A DNA stretch of 64,000 nucleotides from Candidatus Multivoradales bacterium (GTDB lineage: Bacteria > Acidobacteriota > Thermoanaerobaculia > Multivoradales > J023): NCBI GenBank assembly GCA_965248925.1, contig CBDFLE010000006.1, forward strand, positions 992,001 through 1,056,000, read 5' to 3'. The notes below the pieces were generated by a model. The model searched no databases. It saw only the letters and a list, made by a program, of their open reading frames with translations, and was not told the DNA's origin. Shown in pieces: positions 39,322 through 49,993 of this stretch (its first letter is position 1; each line of letters begins with the position of its first letter). A program made the position numbers and the translations under genes.

Positions 39322-40397
39322 GCTGAATGCTCCACCGTTACTTCGAGCAAAGCGGATTCCATCGCCAAGCAGAGATGAGGGATCGCCGGATCGGCTGGCC
39401 GCAAGGGCTCGCCAACCCGCGCCATCGGCTCCACCAGAGCCAAAGCACCCAGAATCTTACGCCGCTGACGCCGTCCGGTAGCGAATGGGACCACCGTATC
39501 GCGAGTGCTCAAGCCCACCTCGAATCCTGCTCTTAGCGCGTCGAGAGAAGCCGTCGCGGCTTCCGAGACCAAGTGCTCGAACCGCCGGCGTGCGGCGTCC
39601 CCGAGTTCGCCCACCGCGTTATCGAAAAGCACTAGCAACCGCCGGCTTTCTTCAGTGTCGCGCACCTTGAAGATCATCCGGCCGCTCTTGGCAGTTTGCT
39701 TCCAGTGAATGTTGCGCGGATCATCGCCAGGAAGAAAGTCGCGCAGTGAGATTAGGTCCTGCCCCTGACCCTGTCGCCCAGTGGCCACCTGCCCGAGCCC
39801 CCCCGCGACTTGAGGACGAACCGCCGAACGCTCGAAAATCTCGGGATACACCAGCACTTCTCGATCGACGCGAAAAACCCGTCCCTTACGAAACATGCCC
39901 AGCGGAAACAGGCTGCGCACCCGCACCTGACCTAGCTGGTGACGGCCGCGTTGGCGGAGAAGAATCTCTTGCCGAACCTGCCCTTCGGCGCTGCGGTCTA
40001 AGTGCTCCAACAAGGTATCGGGTGTCGGCTGCGGCTGCCCCGGGTCGCCCTCTTCGTGCACCGCGACCCCAATGCTCAGCATCCGGCGAATCAACCAGCC
40101 GCTGCGCTCGAGCAGGGAGACTTCGACCGACGCCGGGCGCTGGGCAAAAATCTCGTCCGGTAGCCGCAGGTCGACTACCAACCACCGCAGATTGAGCACC
40201 GCCAGCAAATGACCGACCACCAGGGTGGCCAGCATCGTCACCAGCACCAGGTAGAGACCGTTATTGCCGGTGTTGGTGGCCGCCAACAGGACCACGAAAG
40301 TCAACACCAGCCACCACAAGCCAACCTTGGTGATCCGCATCCCTTCAGACGAAGGTGAGCGGCGTGTTCGCTGACGGCTGCTCGGTCGACTCTGCAC
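39318..40397 (-). CDS. DUF58 domain protein
   Basis: NTGNN, FPLG, LRDFLPGDDPRNIHWKQTA; the start may be ATG 40340. Confidence 0.88.
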   Translation of the reverse strand: MQSRPSSRQRTRRSPSSEGMRITKVGLWWLVLTFVVLLAATNTGNNGLYLVLVTMLATLVVGHLLAVLNLRWLVVDLRLPDEIFAQRPASVEVSLLERSGWLIRRMLSIGVAVHEEGDPGQPQPTPDTLLEHLDRSAEGQVRQEILLRQRGRHQLGQVRVRSLFPLGMFRKGRVFRVDREVLVYPEIFERSAVRPQVAGGLGQVATGRQGQGQDLISLRDFLPGDDPRNIHWKQTAKSGRMIFKVRDTEESRRLLVLFDNAVGELGDAARRRFEHLVSEAATASLDALRAGFEVGLSTRDTVVPFATGRRQRRKILGALALVEPMARVGEPLRPADPAIPHLCLAMESALLEVTVEHSA

Positions 40398-40405
40398 CGG
40401 CTCCC

Positions 40406-41374
40406 TTAAATCGGCACCGCAGTGGCCGAGAGTACTTTCGCCATCGCCGCCCGCCCCTCGTCGAGTCCGCCACCACCACGCTCGACCAAGACTCGGTGGC
40501 CCAACACCGGCAGGACCAACCGCTGCACATCGTCGGGAATTCCATAGTCACGCCCCTCGACCAGAGCCAACGCCTGGGTAGCGCGATACAAGCCTTGAGC
40601 ACCTCGGGTCGAAACCGGCAAGGCGAAGTCGCCGCTGGTTCGGGTCGCGGTGACCAGGGCCATGATGTAGTCGACCAGTTTATCGGCCATGTGAATCTGA
40701 CGAACCCGATCCTGCAATTCGACCAGCTCGGCACCACCCAGCACCGGCTGCGAGTTCTCCATCAGGCTCTCGACGCCGCCGGACATCAGCAGCTGCTTCT
40801 CATCCTCATGCGGCGGATAGCCCATCTCGAGGGCCATCAAGAATCGATCCATCTGCGATTCGGGCAGCGGGAAAGTACCGTGGTGCTCCAGCGGATTCTG
40901 GGTCGCCAAAACCAAGAACGGAGCCGGCAGAGTGTAGCGTTGTCGCTCCACCGAGACCTTACCCTCGCTCATCGCCTCGAGCAGCGCCGACTGCGTCTTC
41001 GGCGTCGCTCGGTTGATTTCGTCAGCCAGCACGATATTGGCGAACAGCGGTCCCGGCACGAACTCAAATTTATTTGCCGACCGCTGAAACACACTGACCC
41101 CGATAATGTCCGCAGGCAGCAGGTCACTGGTGAACTGAATACGTTGAAAAACAGCCCCGATCGACCGTGCCAAGGCCTGCGCCAAGGTGGTCTTGCCTAC
41201 CCCAGGAACATCCTCGATCAGCAGGTGCCCTTTAGCCAACAGGGTGACCACCGCCAAGCGAATAACGTCGGTCTTGCCGCGAACAACTCGGGCGACGGCG
41301 GCCTCCAACCGGGCGATTGTATCGCCGGCAACAAGCCGCTGAGAAACAGGTAAGGACTGCGAGGAGGTCATCAA
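40406..41374 (-). CDS. MoxR family AAA+ ATPase
   Basis: EDVPGVGKT, RIQFTSDLLPAD, DEINRA, ATQNP, LPESQMDRF. Confidence 0.95.
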   Translation of the reverse strand: MMTSSQSLPVSQRLVAGDTIARLEAAVARVVRGKTDVIRLAVVTLLAKGHLLIEDVPGVGKTTLAQALARSIGAVFQRIQFTSDLLPADIIGVSVFQRSANKFEFVPGPLFANIVLADEINRATPKTQSALLEAMSEGKVSVERQRYTLPAPFLVLATQNPLEHHGTFPLPESQMDRFLMALEMGYPPHEDEKQLLMSGGVESLMENSQPVLGGAELVELQDRVRQIHMADKLVDYIMALVTATRTSGDFALPVSTRGAQGLYRATQALALVEGRDYGIPDDVQRLVLPVLGHRVLVERGGGGLDEGRAAMAKVLSATAVPI

Positions 41375-41490
41375 GAGATCCTACGGCCTTGGCCCAGTCA
41401 GGGTTGAGGCAAGTTGAGAGCAAAAAGGTCCCCCGCCGAAGGCGCCGGGGTGAGTTGTCGACCTTCAAACCATCACTAGTTGCCAGACAC

Positions 41491-42156
41491 TCAAGACCCG
41501 GCGGCGGCAAACTCCTGGTACTCGCCACGCTCGGCTTCGGGCACCACCAGCCGCAGATCGACACTGAATCCATCGCCGTCCTCGAACATCGTATTTTCGA
41601 GCACGAAGTCGGTCTGGACACTGCCGCTCTGCAGGCTCGTCAAATCCAAATAGTGGCGGTAAGTGGCCTTCTCTTTCTGAAACGGATCGATCTGCGAAAT
41701 CTCCACCGTCAGGCCCGGTAGCGGATGCGAACCATCGAAACCTACCAGCAGGTCAAAGAAAATATTCTTCGGCTGCGGCCCGACAGGTTCCGGCTCGAAT
41801 CCGCTGATCTCCATCCCCTCGTCTTCCTCGGCCTCGTCGGGTGCAGGCGTGGCTTCCGTCTCCATCTCGCCCGCGGCTTGTTCGCCCTCCATCATCGGCT
41901 CCGGCTCGGCAACCGACGGCTCCCGGATCAGGAAGCCATTGAGTACGACGGTGTAATCCTGCCGGCTCTGGGCGATCCGTTCTATCGGGTCGGACGGTGT
42001 GCAGCCAACAGTCACCATCAGCGCGACCAACAACCAGCCAGTAACCAGCATCCACAGAACTCTTCGACTCAAAGCAACCTCCTTGCGCGGCCCAAGGCCG
42101 GCTTGGTTCAGCCGAGGCTTCCCAGACGCTCGATCGGTAGCAAGCTCACCGAACAA
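41491..42156 (-). CDS. Hypothetical lipoprotein with acidic linker
   Basis: LLVALMVTVGC lipobox-like signal; the true start is probably downstream of 42156. Confidence 0.65.
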   Translation of the reverse strand: MFGELATDRASGKPRLNQAGLGPRKEVALSRRVLWMLVTGWLLVALMVTVGCTPSDPIERIAQSRQDYTVVLNGFLIREPSVAEPEPMMEGEQAAGEMETEATPAPDEAEEDEGMEISGFEPEPVGPQPKNIFFDLLVGFDGSHPLPGLTVEISQIDPFQKEKATYRHYLDLTSLQSGSVQTDFVLENTMFEDGDGFSVDLRLVVPEAERGEYQEFAAAGS

Positions 42157-42257
42157 CCCGCGACGCGAAGCCCCTGCTCAAGTGTCTGACCTGGACTCCA
42201 GAGTAGACCGAACCCACCACAAGCCACGGCCCTCCCCACTACGGGCTGGCGCCAACG

Positions 42258-42297
42258 CCGGCGCCTGAATTACCGGCGCCTGAATCCCTGAATTACC
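42258..42297. repeat. Short imperfect tandem repeat (ccggcgcctgaatta)
   Basis: One full copy, one near-full copy and a partial cctgaattacc in the intergenic region. Confidence 0.75.
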
Positions 42298-42300
42298 AGT

Positions 42301-43005
42301 CTACGATCCGAGATTATAGCGGAGGATCGCCCAGATAGCGGCAAAGCCGTCACGCCAGCCAATCTTCTTGCCCTCGGCATAGGTGCGGCCATTGTAAGAG
42401 ATCGGAACCTCGTAGATCCTTGCCTGGGTCTTGGCCAGCTTGGCGGTCAACTCCGGCTCGATACCGAAGCGATTCGAGCGCAACTCCAAGCCCTTCAGCA
42501 GGTCGGCGCGGAAGAGCTTGTAGCAGGTCTCCATGTCCGACAGATTGAGATCGGTGAACATATTCGACAAGGTGGTGAGAAAGCGGTTGCCCAGGAAATG
42601 CCAGAAGAACAGCACCCGATGGGGTCCACCCAGGAAGCGGGAACCATAGACCACGTCGGCATCACCGTCGAGAATCGGCTGCAGCAGCGCCGGATAGTCC
42701 TTGGGGGAATACTCCAGATCGGCATCTTGCACCAGCACCAGTTCGCCGGACGCAGCCTCGAAGCCAGTCCGCAACGCTGCACCTTTGCCCCGGTTCTCGA
42801 CATGCTCAAGGTAGCAAAACTCCGGCGTCTTGGCCGCGCAAAGCCGCCGCAGCAGGTCTCGCGTACCATCGGTCGAACCGTCGTCGACCACCACCAACTC
42901 GGTCTCGACCCCGGGCGGTAGAGGCGCCTCGACGACTCGCAGCAGCAGGTTCTCGACCGTGCCGACCTCGTTGTAGGCAGGAATGACAATCGTCAGTTTT
43001 ATCAT
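42301..43005 (-). CDS. GT2, DPM1-like polyprenol-phosphate glycosyltransferase
   Basis: [44 protein letters not shown]. Confidence 0.9.
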   Translation of the reverse strand: MIKLTIVIPAYNEVGTVENLLLRVVEAPLPPGVETELVVVDDGSTDGTRDLLRRLCAAKTPEFCYLEHVENRGKGAALRTGFEAASGELVLVQDADLEYSPKDYPALLQPILDGDADVVYGSRFLGGPHRVLFFWHFLGNRFLTTLSNMFTDLNLSDMETCYKLFRADLLKGLELRSNRFGIEPELTAKLAKTQARIYEVPISYNGRTYAEGKKIGWRDGFAAIWAILRYNLGS

Positions 43006-43052
43006 CGCTTAGCAGCCATCTTCACGCAGGCGCAAGTTAGGCGTAAAATCTC

Positions 43053-43081
43053 TTGACTACCTCAATACCTTGAACTACGAT
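43053..43081 (+). promoter_or_regulatory. sigma70-type promoter upstream of recA
   Basis: TTGACT-17 nt-TACGAT, about 200 nt before the recA ATG. Confidence 0.7.
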
Positions 43082-43278
43082 CGCTCCAGGTCACCGGCAG
43101 CGCCGGGCAGTATACCTCCAAAGTACGGTGGCCTCTGACGAGCAGGCCGGTCCGGCCAGACTCGGTCAACCCAGAAGCAATCCGCAGCGCACCGGCTAAG
43201 AGCCGCCAGATCCTGCGACAGCAATTCTTCAACAGCAACGAAATTCTTCAGCAGCACCCACAAAAGGAGTCATCGACC

Positions 43279-44355
43279 ATGGCAAGACCCGGCAGAAACG
43301 ACCCGGCAGGCGACAAATCGAAAGCCATCAACAGTGCGTTCGAGCAAATCGAGCGGCAATTCGGCAAGGGCGCCATCATGCGCCTCGGCCAGCGCGGAAT
43401 TGTGGCCATCGACGCGATCTCCACCGGCTCGCTGGCGGTCGACGCCGCCACCGGCATCGGCGGTTTCCCCCATGGCCGAGTCGTCGAAGTCTACGGCCCT
43501 GAGTCTTCCGGCAAAACCACCCTCGCCCTTTCGGTGGTCGCCGAGGCGCAGAAGAAAGGCGGCACCGCCGCCTTTATCGATGCCGAGCACGCCCTAGACG
43601 CGGAATACGCCCAGAAGATCGGCGTCGACATCGACAATTTTCTAGTGTCGCAGCCCGACAGCGGCGAGCAGGCGCTGGAAATCGCCGAGATGCTGGTGCG
43701 TTCCAACGCGGTCGACATCATCGTCATCGACTCAGTGGCGGCCTTGGTGCCGCGGGCTGAACTCGAGGGCGAGATGGGTGATTCCCACGTCGGCCTGCAT
43801 GCCCGCCTGATGTCACAGGCGCTGCGCAAGCTCACCGCCATCGTCGCCAAGAGCCGCACCTGCTTGGTCTTCATCAATCAGATTCGCGAAAAGATCGGCG
43901 TCATGTTCGGCAGCCCTGAAACCACCACCGGCGGGCGAGCATTGAAGTTCTACAGCTCGATGCGCATCGACATCCGCCGCATCGCCGCGCTCAAGGACGG
44001 CGACACGGTAGTCGGCAGCCGCGCACGGGTCAAGGTGGTCAAGAACAAGGTAGCGGCCCCCTTCCGCCAAGCCGAGTTCGACATCGATTACGGCGAAGGT
44101 ATCTCCCGCCCCGGAGAGCTGGTCGACCTGGGGGTCGAGCACAATGAAGTGCTCAAGAGCGGCGCCTGGTACTCCTATGGCGACATTCGCCTCGGACAGG
44201 GCCGCGAAAACGCCAAGACCTTCCTGCGTGAGAATCCAGACTTGGCCGACGAAATCTACGCCAAGTTGCGCCAGGCCCTGGGGATGAAGCCACTGGCTGA
44301 GAAGCGGGCCAGCGAAACGGCCAAGGCCGGATCCGACACCGCGGTCAAGGCCTGA
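43279..44355 (+). CDS. recA: Recombinase A
   Basis: [48 protein letters not shown]. Confidence 0.98.
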   Translation: MARPGRNDPAGDKSKAINSAFEQIERQFGKGAIMRLGQRGIVAIDAISTGSLAVDAATGIGGFPHGRVVEVYGPESSGKTTLALSVVAEAQKKGGTAAFIDAEHALDAEYAQKIGVDIDNFLVSQPDSGEQALEIAEMLVRSNAVDIIVIDSVAALVPRAELEGEMGDSHVGLHARLMSQALRKLTAIVAKSRTCLVFINQIREKIGVMFGSPETTTGGRALKFYSSMRIDIRRIAALKDGDTVVGSRARVKVVKNKVAAPFRQAEFDIDYGEGISRPGELVDLGVEHNEVLKSGAWYSYGDIRLGQGRENAKTFLRENPDLADEIYAKLRQALGMKPLAEKRASETAKAGSDTAVKA

Positions 44356-44552
44356 CCCGCGGCGGGCTCTGCTGTTGCTGCTGAGCCGATTTCCACCCGT
44401 TCTGCGCGTTCCTTTCAGGGAAGGTCTGCAACAATCCGTGGAGATCGAGAAGAAATGCACTACGAAAATGGCGGAGTGCCATGATGTCGCATACCATTGT
44501 GGCGCCGGTGGGCCACTTCGCCGCCGCTCGCCGCCAACCGCTCAATGGTCCG

Positions 44553-45123
44553 ATGAAACCCATCGCCGAAGATCTCAACGGCTTACTCGAAGGCTGGCAG
44601 CAGGGCAATCCACAGAGTCAAGAGCGATTGCTCGAGGCAGTTTGGGGAGAACTACACCACCTGGCCAGGATCTACCTCTCCAACGAACGTCGCAACCACA
44701 CCCTGCAACCCACCGCGCTGGTCAACGAAGCTTATCTGCGGCTCGCCGGCCAAAAGCGCATCAGCTGGCAAAATATAGAGCCCAGTTCCTTGGTGTTGCC
44801 GCTCAGGCCATGCGGCGTATCTTGGTCGACCACTCGCGCCGCCAACGGGCCGACAAGCGGGGCGGTGACGCGCTAAAGGTAGAACTCGACGAAGCCCGCG
44901 ATCTTCCGATCGAGCCCGCAGTTGGATTGCTAGAGCTGGACCAGGCCCTCAACGCTCTGGCGACGGTCGACGCCACTCAAAGCCGGCTGATCGAGCTCCG
45001 CTTCTGCGCCGGCCTGACCATTCGCGAAACCGCCACTGTGTTGGCTATTCCCCCGCCACGGTCAAGCGAGAGTGGAGTCTGGCCCGCGCTTAGCTGTTCC
45101 GGCACATGACCCGCCAGCGCTAA
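44553..45123 (+). pseudogene. ECF sigma factor (TIGR02999-type), two frameshifts and a premature stop
   Basis: HTLQPTALVNEAYLRL...WQN, frameshift ~44774, RAQFLGVAAQAMRRILVD, frameshift ~45050, ATVKREWSLARA then TAG at 45091. Confidence 0.88.
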
Positions 45124-45146
45124 GCCCGGGGCAGCCAGCATTGCGG

Positions 45147-47030
45147 ATGGACGTCGACTGGCAGCAGGTTAAAGAAATCTTCAGCGCCGCCCTAGAGTGT
45201 GCCACCGAAGAGCGCCAAGCTTTGCTCGACCGTGCGTGCCGAAATCAAGCCGAACTACGCCGAGAAATTGAGACCCTGCTCGAAGCCCACGACTTGGCGA
45301 GCCGTTTTCTGGTCGATCCGGTGCTCGGCAAGCCCCAGTCGGACGCGGCAAAGAATCGCCAACCCAGCGACGAAGGGCGCAGCATCGGCCCCTATCGGGT
45401 GCTGCGGCCGCTCGGCCAGGGCGGCATGGGCGTGGTCTACCTGGCACTGCGAGACGACGATTCCTACCGCAAACAAGTCGCTATCAAGCTGATCCAACGC
45501 GGCCTCGACCTGCGCCAACGTATAGAACTCTTCCGCACCGTCTGCGCGGCAGTCCAGGCCGCCCATCAGAGCTTGGTTATCCACCGCGATCTGAAACCCT
45601 CGAATATCCTGGTCACCGCTGACGGCCTTCCCAAGCTCTTGGACTTTGGCATCGCCAAATTGCTCGATCCGGGACTGACCGCCGACACCGTCATCGCCAC
45701 TGCCGACGACGAGTGGCTGATGACTCCGCAATACGCCAGCCCTGAACAGCTGCGGGGCGAGAACATCACCACCGCCAGCGATGTCGATGCCCTGGGCCTG
45801 CTGCTCTACGAACTGATCAGCGGATGCCGCGCCTACTCCCTGGAAGACTCGGCTCCGGCGGCGATGATGGAGGCGGTGTGTCGGCAGATCCCCCAAGCCA
45901 GCGAATGTCCGCTTTACCGAACTCAGCGCCCAAGAACAAGCCTAGAAAGCCCATCAGCGGGCGACCGAGCCGCGCCGGCTATGCCGCCTCTTGCGCGGCG
46001 ACCTCGACCGCATCGCCGCCAAGGCGCTGCGCAAAGAAGCGGCACGGCGCTACTCCTCGGCGGAGCAGCTCACCGACGATGTCCGCCGCCACCTCGACGG
46101 GCTGCCCATCCGCGCGCGGCCGGACACCGCTCTCTACTTGCTGAACAAATTCGTCCATCGCAACCACGCCTTGTCCCTGGCCATGGTGTTGCTCTTGGTC
46201 TTCGCTTTGGCCATGGCCTGGCAGGGCGTCGAGCTGCGGCGCAAACGCGATGAGTTCGAACAGCAACGCCAGGTCGCCGAGAAAGTCACCGACCACATCG
46301 TGGATCTGGTCAAGAATTGGGATCCGCTGCTGGCTCAAGGCAACGAGCCAACAATCGGCGAAGCCCTCGAACGAGGAGCCTTGACCCTGGACAGCCTCGC
46401 CGGGCAGCCCACCGTCCACGCTCGCTTGCGCAATGTTTATGGCGAGATCTTGATGAACCGCGGCAAGTACGCCGAAGCCGACCGCCACCTGCAACAGGCC
46501 CTGGAGATCGAGCTTCAACTCGGCAACGCACTGGATATCGCCGACAGCCAGAATCGACTCGGTGCACTACGCTCCGAGCAAGGGCGCTATGAGGAAGCCA
46601 GCGAATTGATGCAGCTGGCGCTGGCCGGTTTCCGCCAAGCGCTGGGTGATCGGGACGAGCGAGTTGCTCGGATGCTGTCGAACCTTGGCGCCCTCCACTT
46701 CACCGCCGGCGACTTGGTCACCGCCGAGCCACTGATCCGTGAAGCCCTGACCCTGCAAGTAGACCTGCTCGAAGTTGGCGAAACAGCGCAGGCGGCAGAC
46801 CTCTTCGAAGAAGCTCTACGGCTGCGCCGAAGAGTGCTGCCCAGCGGCCATCCAAGACTGGCGACTTCCCTCTTGGGTCTCGGCCGCACCTGGTTGGAAA
46901 GGGGCCAAGCCGAACAGGCCGAGCCGCTGTTTCGCGAGGCGGTTGAGATTCGCCGAGCCACCCTAGAGACCGAGGGCTGGCGCACCGCATCGGCCGAGTG
47001 CCTACTCGGCCTGGCCCTGATGCGCCTCGG
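45147..47030 (+). pseudogene. Ser/Thr protein kinase with TM and TPRs, decayed
   Basis: GQGGMGVVY, VAIK, HRDLKPSN, DFG, TPQYASPE; internal deletion ~45500, frameshift ~45890, in-frame TAG ~45942, then GDLD and TPRs. Confidence 0.88.
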
Positions 47031-47733
47031 CAACACAGTCTGGGATGTTGTTATCGACATAGACCGTTTTAGCGACATAGCCGTTGATCTGAGCCACGCT
47101 CGACCACTCGCCACCACCGAGGTAGACCGCGGTTCTTTCGGTCACCGCTTCAAGACCGTCCGCCAGCCGAGTGAAGCGTAGCCGCTGTCCAACTTTAGCC
47201 TCGATCGTGAAAGCCCCGCCGCGTCCATCCGCCTGGACCCCAAACCGCGCTTGGCCGTTGCTGGGCAACGCCTGCGAAAGCTCGACCACCAGCTGCCAAT
47301 CACCGCAGCTGGTCTGCACCGAAGCCGGCGGGATGAACAAGTCCACCACCCTCACATCGGTCGGTGTCAGCCGGGCACCGGACATGGTGGGACCGTTCAA
47401 GTCGAACACCAAGCCACCAGTTTGCAAGATCTGATCACCCAGTTCCTCTTCGAGATCGGTACAGACGATCACCGGCCCCTCGGCCCCGCCGAATGAAACC
47501 TCGTCCCTCAGTGCGGCCCGCTTTCCGGGGGTTCCACAGAGCACCGACTGCAGCTCTTCCTCACCCACCGCGACAAAAGACACCATGCCTTCGGCCAGTT
47601 TCACGGCGGCAAAGCCCGGTTCGACTGCCAACTCATCGCCAGCCACGGCCGGCTCAGCGGCGAACATCGCCGAGATCAGTAAAACGGTGGTTAGAAATTG
47701 CCCGTTCGGTCCCCAGAATCGCGCATTGGCCAT
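47002..47733 (-). CDS. Hypothetical secreted protein, probably 3'-truncated
   Basis: AGGAG RBS, signal-peptide-like N-terminus, beta-rich; its 3' end runs into the antisense of the kinase TPR region. Confidence 0.55.
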   Translation of the reverse strand: MANARFWGPNGQFLTTVLLISAMFAAEPAVAGDELAVEPGFAAVKLAEGMVSFVAVGEEELQSVLCGTPGKRAALRDEVSFGGAEGPVIVCTDLEEELGDQILQTGGLVFDLNGPTMSGARLTPTDVRVVDLFIPPASVQTSCGDWQLVVELSQALPSNGQARFGVQADGRGGAFTIEAKVGQRLRFTRLADGLEAVTERTAVYLGGGEWSSVAQINGYVAKTVYVDNNIPDCVAEAHQGQAE

Positions 47734-48016
47734 TCTCGATCTCCTTAGAATCAGTGTGGGTCGTTAAAACCCTCAAGCCCATAGGGGAACGCGTAGGCTA
47801 CCGAGGAAGTGGCTCAGATCCGTTGGCTCCTCACTCACCCACTGGGCTTTTGGACTTCTCCGACCACGGCCGAGGGTCTCGGTGCAGCCCAGCAAGTGCC
47901 CAACTGGCCGCCAGGTCGCCTGTTAGACTTCGACCCGACCCGGCTCATTTCTCTCACCCGAGTTCGCGGACCCTGGCCTGCCCGCCAAAGGCGAGGCTCA
48001 TGGAGGAAACTACCGA

Positions 48017-49969
48017 ATGCGCGCCAAGATCGCTCGCCGCCTTGTCATCCCTTCATTGAGCCTGATCGCTCTCTGCACCCTCCTGGTGAGCGGCGCGAAA
48101 CTCCTCGCCCATCCGGAGACCAGCGCTAGCAGCGAACTCGCGGTTGAAATCAACAACGTGATCTCCGGAACTCCGCTGCAGCTGACCATCACCGGAGTCG
48201 ATGAACAGACCGAGGTTCAAGTCCAGATCGACGGCCGGCTGGCCGGCAGTGGCAAGGTGACTGGCGGCCAGCTAGTGCTGAAAGACACCCTACTCGGCGC
48301 CGGCAAGCATCAATTAGAGATCAGCACCGCCAGCCCTGGGCGGACTAGCAGAACCGCGAGCACTGAGCGCCGGCTGCTGCCGGGATGGCTATCATTGCTA
48401 CCGCCGCTGCTGGCGATCGGCCTGGCGCTGGCCACCCGCGATGTGCTGATCTCGCTCTTCCTGGGGATCTTTGGCGGCGCCCTGATCCTCAACGGTTGGA
48501 ATCCCTTCGCCGCCCTTGGCCGCACCGTCGATCAATTCATCGTGCCGGCGCTGACCGAGGAGAGCAACACCTCGATCATCGTCTTCACCCTCTTCCTCGG
48601 CGGCATGGTGGGGTTGATCACCAAGAGTGGCGGCACCCGCGGGATCATCGAACGCCTCGCCCCCTACGCCACCAATCGGCGCCGCGGCCAGCTCGCCACC
48701 TGGGCCATGGGAGTGCTGATCTTCTTCGACGACTACGCCAACACGCTGATCGTCGGGCCGACCATGCGGCCAATCACCGATCGGCTGAAAATCAGCCGCG
48801 AGAAGCTGGCTTACATCGTCGACTCAACCGCCGCGCCGGTGGTTTGCTTGTTCCCAATTTCCACTTGGGTGGGCTACGAGCTGGGTTTGATCCAGCAGGC
48901 GTTCCGCGATCTGGGGGTCGAATTCGATGCCTACACCTTCTTCATCCGCAGCATCCCCTACCGCTTCTATCCCCTCTTCGCCCTGCTAGCGGTCCTCACC
49001 CTGGCTTGGCGCCAGGTCGATTTTGGACCGATGCGCAAGGCTGAGCGCCGGGCCGCCGAACGGGGCGAACTTCTACCTCCCGACGCCGTGCCGATCGCCG
49101 ACTATTCATCCCAGGACATGGAGCCGCCGGCAGATGCGCCGCTGCGGGCCAGCAACGCCTTCTTGCCAATTCTGACCGTCGTGCTGGTGACCCTGTGGGG
49201 GCTCTACGCCACCGGCGCCGCCGGCAAGACGCGCGCAATCGATGTCGGCGTGGGGGACTGGCTGCGCGTCGTGCTCAACGACGCCAACAGCTTCCAAGCT
49301 CTTCTCTGGGCCAGCCTCAGCGGCATGTTGATCGCCCTCATCCTGCCGGTCGCTCAACGTATCCTCAGCCTTGGCGACGCGATCAAGGCGATGGTGGCTG
49401 GGTTCAAAGCCATGTTGCTGGCCCTATGTGTGCTGACCTTGGCCTGGTCGATCGGCGATGTCTGCGGCGAGCTGCACACCGCCGACTTCCTGGTCGCTCT
49501 GACCCACGGCATCGTAGCGCCGATGTGGTTGCCAGCCCTGACCTTCATATTGTCGGCGGCGGTGGCCTTCGCCACCGGCTCTTCGTGGGGCACGATGGCG
49601 ATTCTCGAACCCTTGGTGATCCCCATCTGCCACGAGCTATCGATCGCCGCCGGACTGCAAGTGGGCGACGATCGATATATGGCCTACATGCTCGGCACCA
49701 TCGCCGCGGTTCTTTCCGGCAGCGTGTGGGGGGACCATTGCTCACCGATCTCCGACACCACCATCTTGTCGAGCATGGCCACCGGCTGCGATCACATCGC
49801 CCACGTTCGGACCCAGATTCCCTACGCCTTGAGCGTCGGTGCGCTGGCGCTTATTGTCGGCTGTCTGGGTAGCGGCCTCGGCCTACCCGCATGGCTGGCC
49901 CTGGTGCTCGGCGCCGCCTTGCTGGTCTGCGGAGTGATCGGCGGCGAGAAACTGCAGGCCAGGAGCTGA
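48017..49969 (+). CDS. Na+/H+ antiporter NhaC family protein with N-terminal soluble domain
   Basis: IFFDDYAN, SREKLAYIVDSTAAP, ATGSSWGT, GDHCSPISDTTILSS. Confidence 0.9.
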   Translation: MRAKIARRLVIPSLSLIALCTLLVSGAKLLAHPETSASSELAVEINNVISGTPLQLTITGVDEQTEVQVQIDGRLAGSGKVTGGQLVLKDTLLGAGKHQLEISTASPGRTSRTASTERRLLPGWLSLLPPLLAIGLALATRDVLISLFLGIFGGALILNGWNPFAALGRTVDQFIVPALTEESNTSIIVFTLFLGGMVGLITKSGGTRGIIERLAPYATNRRRGQLATWAMGVLIFFDDYANTLIVGPTMRPITDRLKISREKLAYIVDSTAAPVVCLFPISTWVGYELGLIQQAFRDLGVEFDAYTFFIRSIPYRFYPLFALLAVLTLAWRQVDFGPMRKAERRAAERGELLPPDAVPIADYSSQDMEPPADAPLRASNAFLPILTVVLVTLWGLYATGAAGKTRAIDVGVGDWLRVVLNDANSFQALLWASLSGMLIALILPVAQRILSLGDAIKAMVAGFKAMLLALCVLTLAWSIGDVCGELHTADFLVALTHGIVAPMWLPALTFILSAAVAFATGSSWGTMAILEPLVIPICHELSIAAGLQVGDDRYMAYMLGTIAAVLSGSVWGDHCSPISDTTILSSMATGCDHIAHVRTQIPYALSVGALALIVGCLGSGLGLPAWLALVLGAALLVCGVIGGEKLQARS

Positions 49970-49993
49970 TTTCGCTGCGCCCGTCAGGCGCGA

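Noticed and set aside
23615-41353. Long antisense/overlapping ORFs (e.g. 23803-24882, 37708-39018, 40355-41353)
   Set aside because: Shadow ORFs of well-supported genes in high-GC DNA.
43020-43278. LexA/SOS box upstream of recA
   Set aside because: No convincing CTGT-N8-ACAG, GAAC-N4-GTTC or GTTC-N7-GTTC match found.
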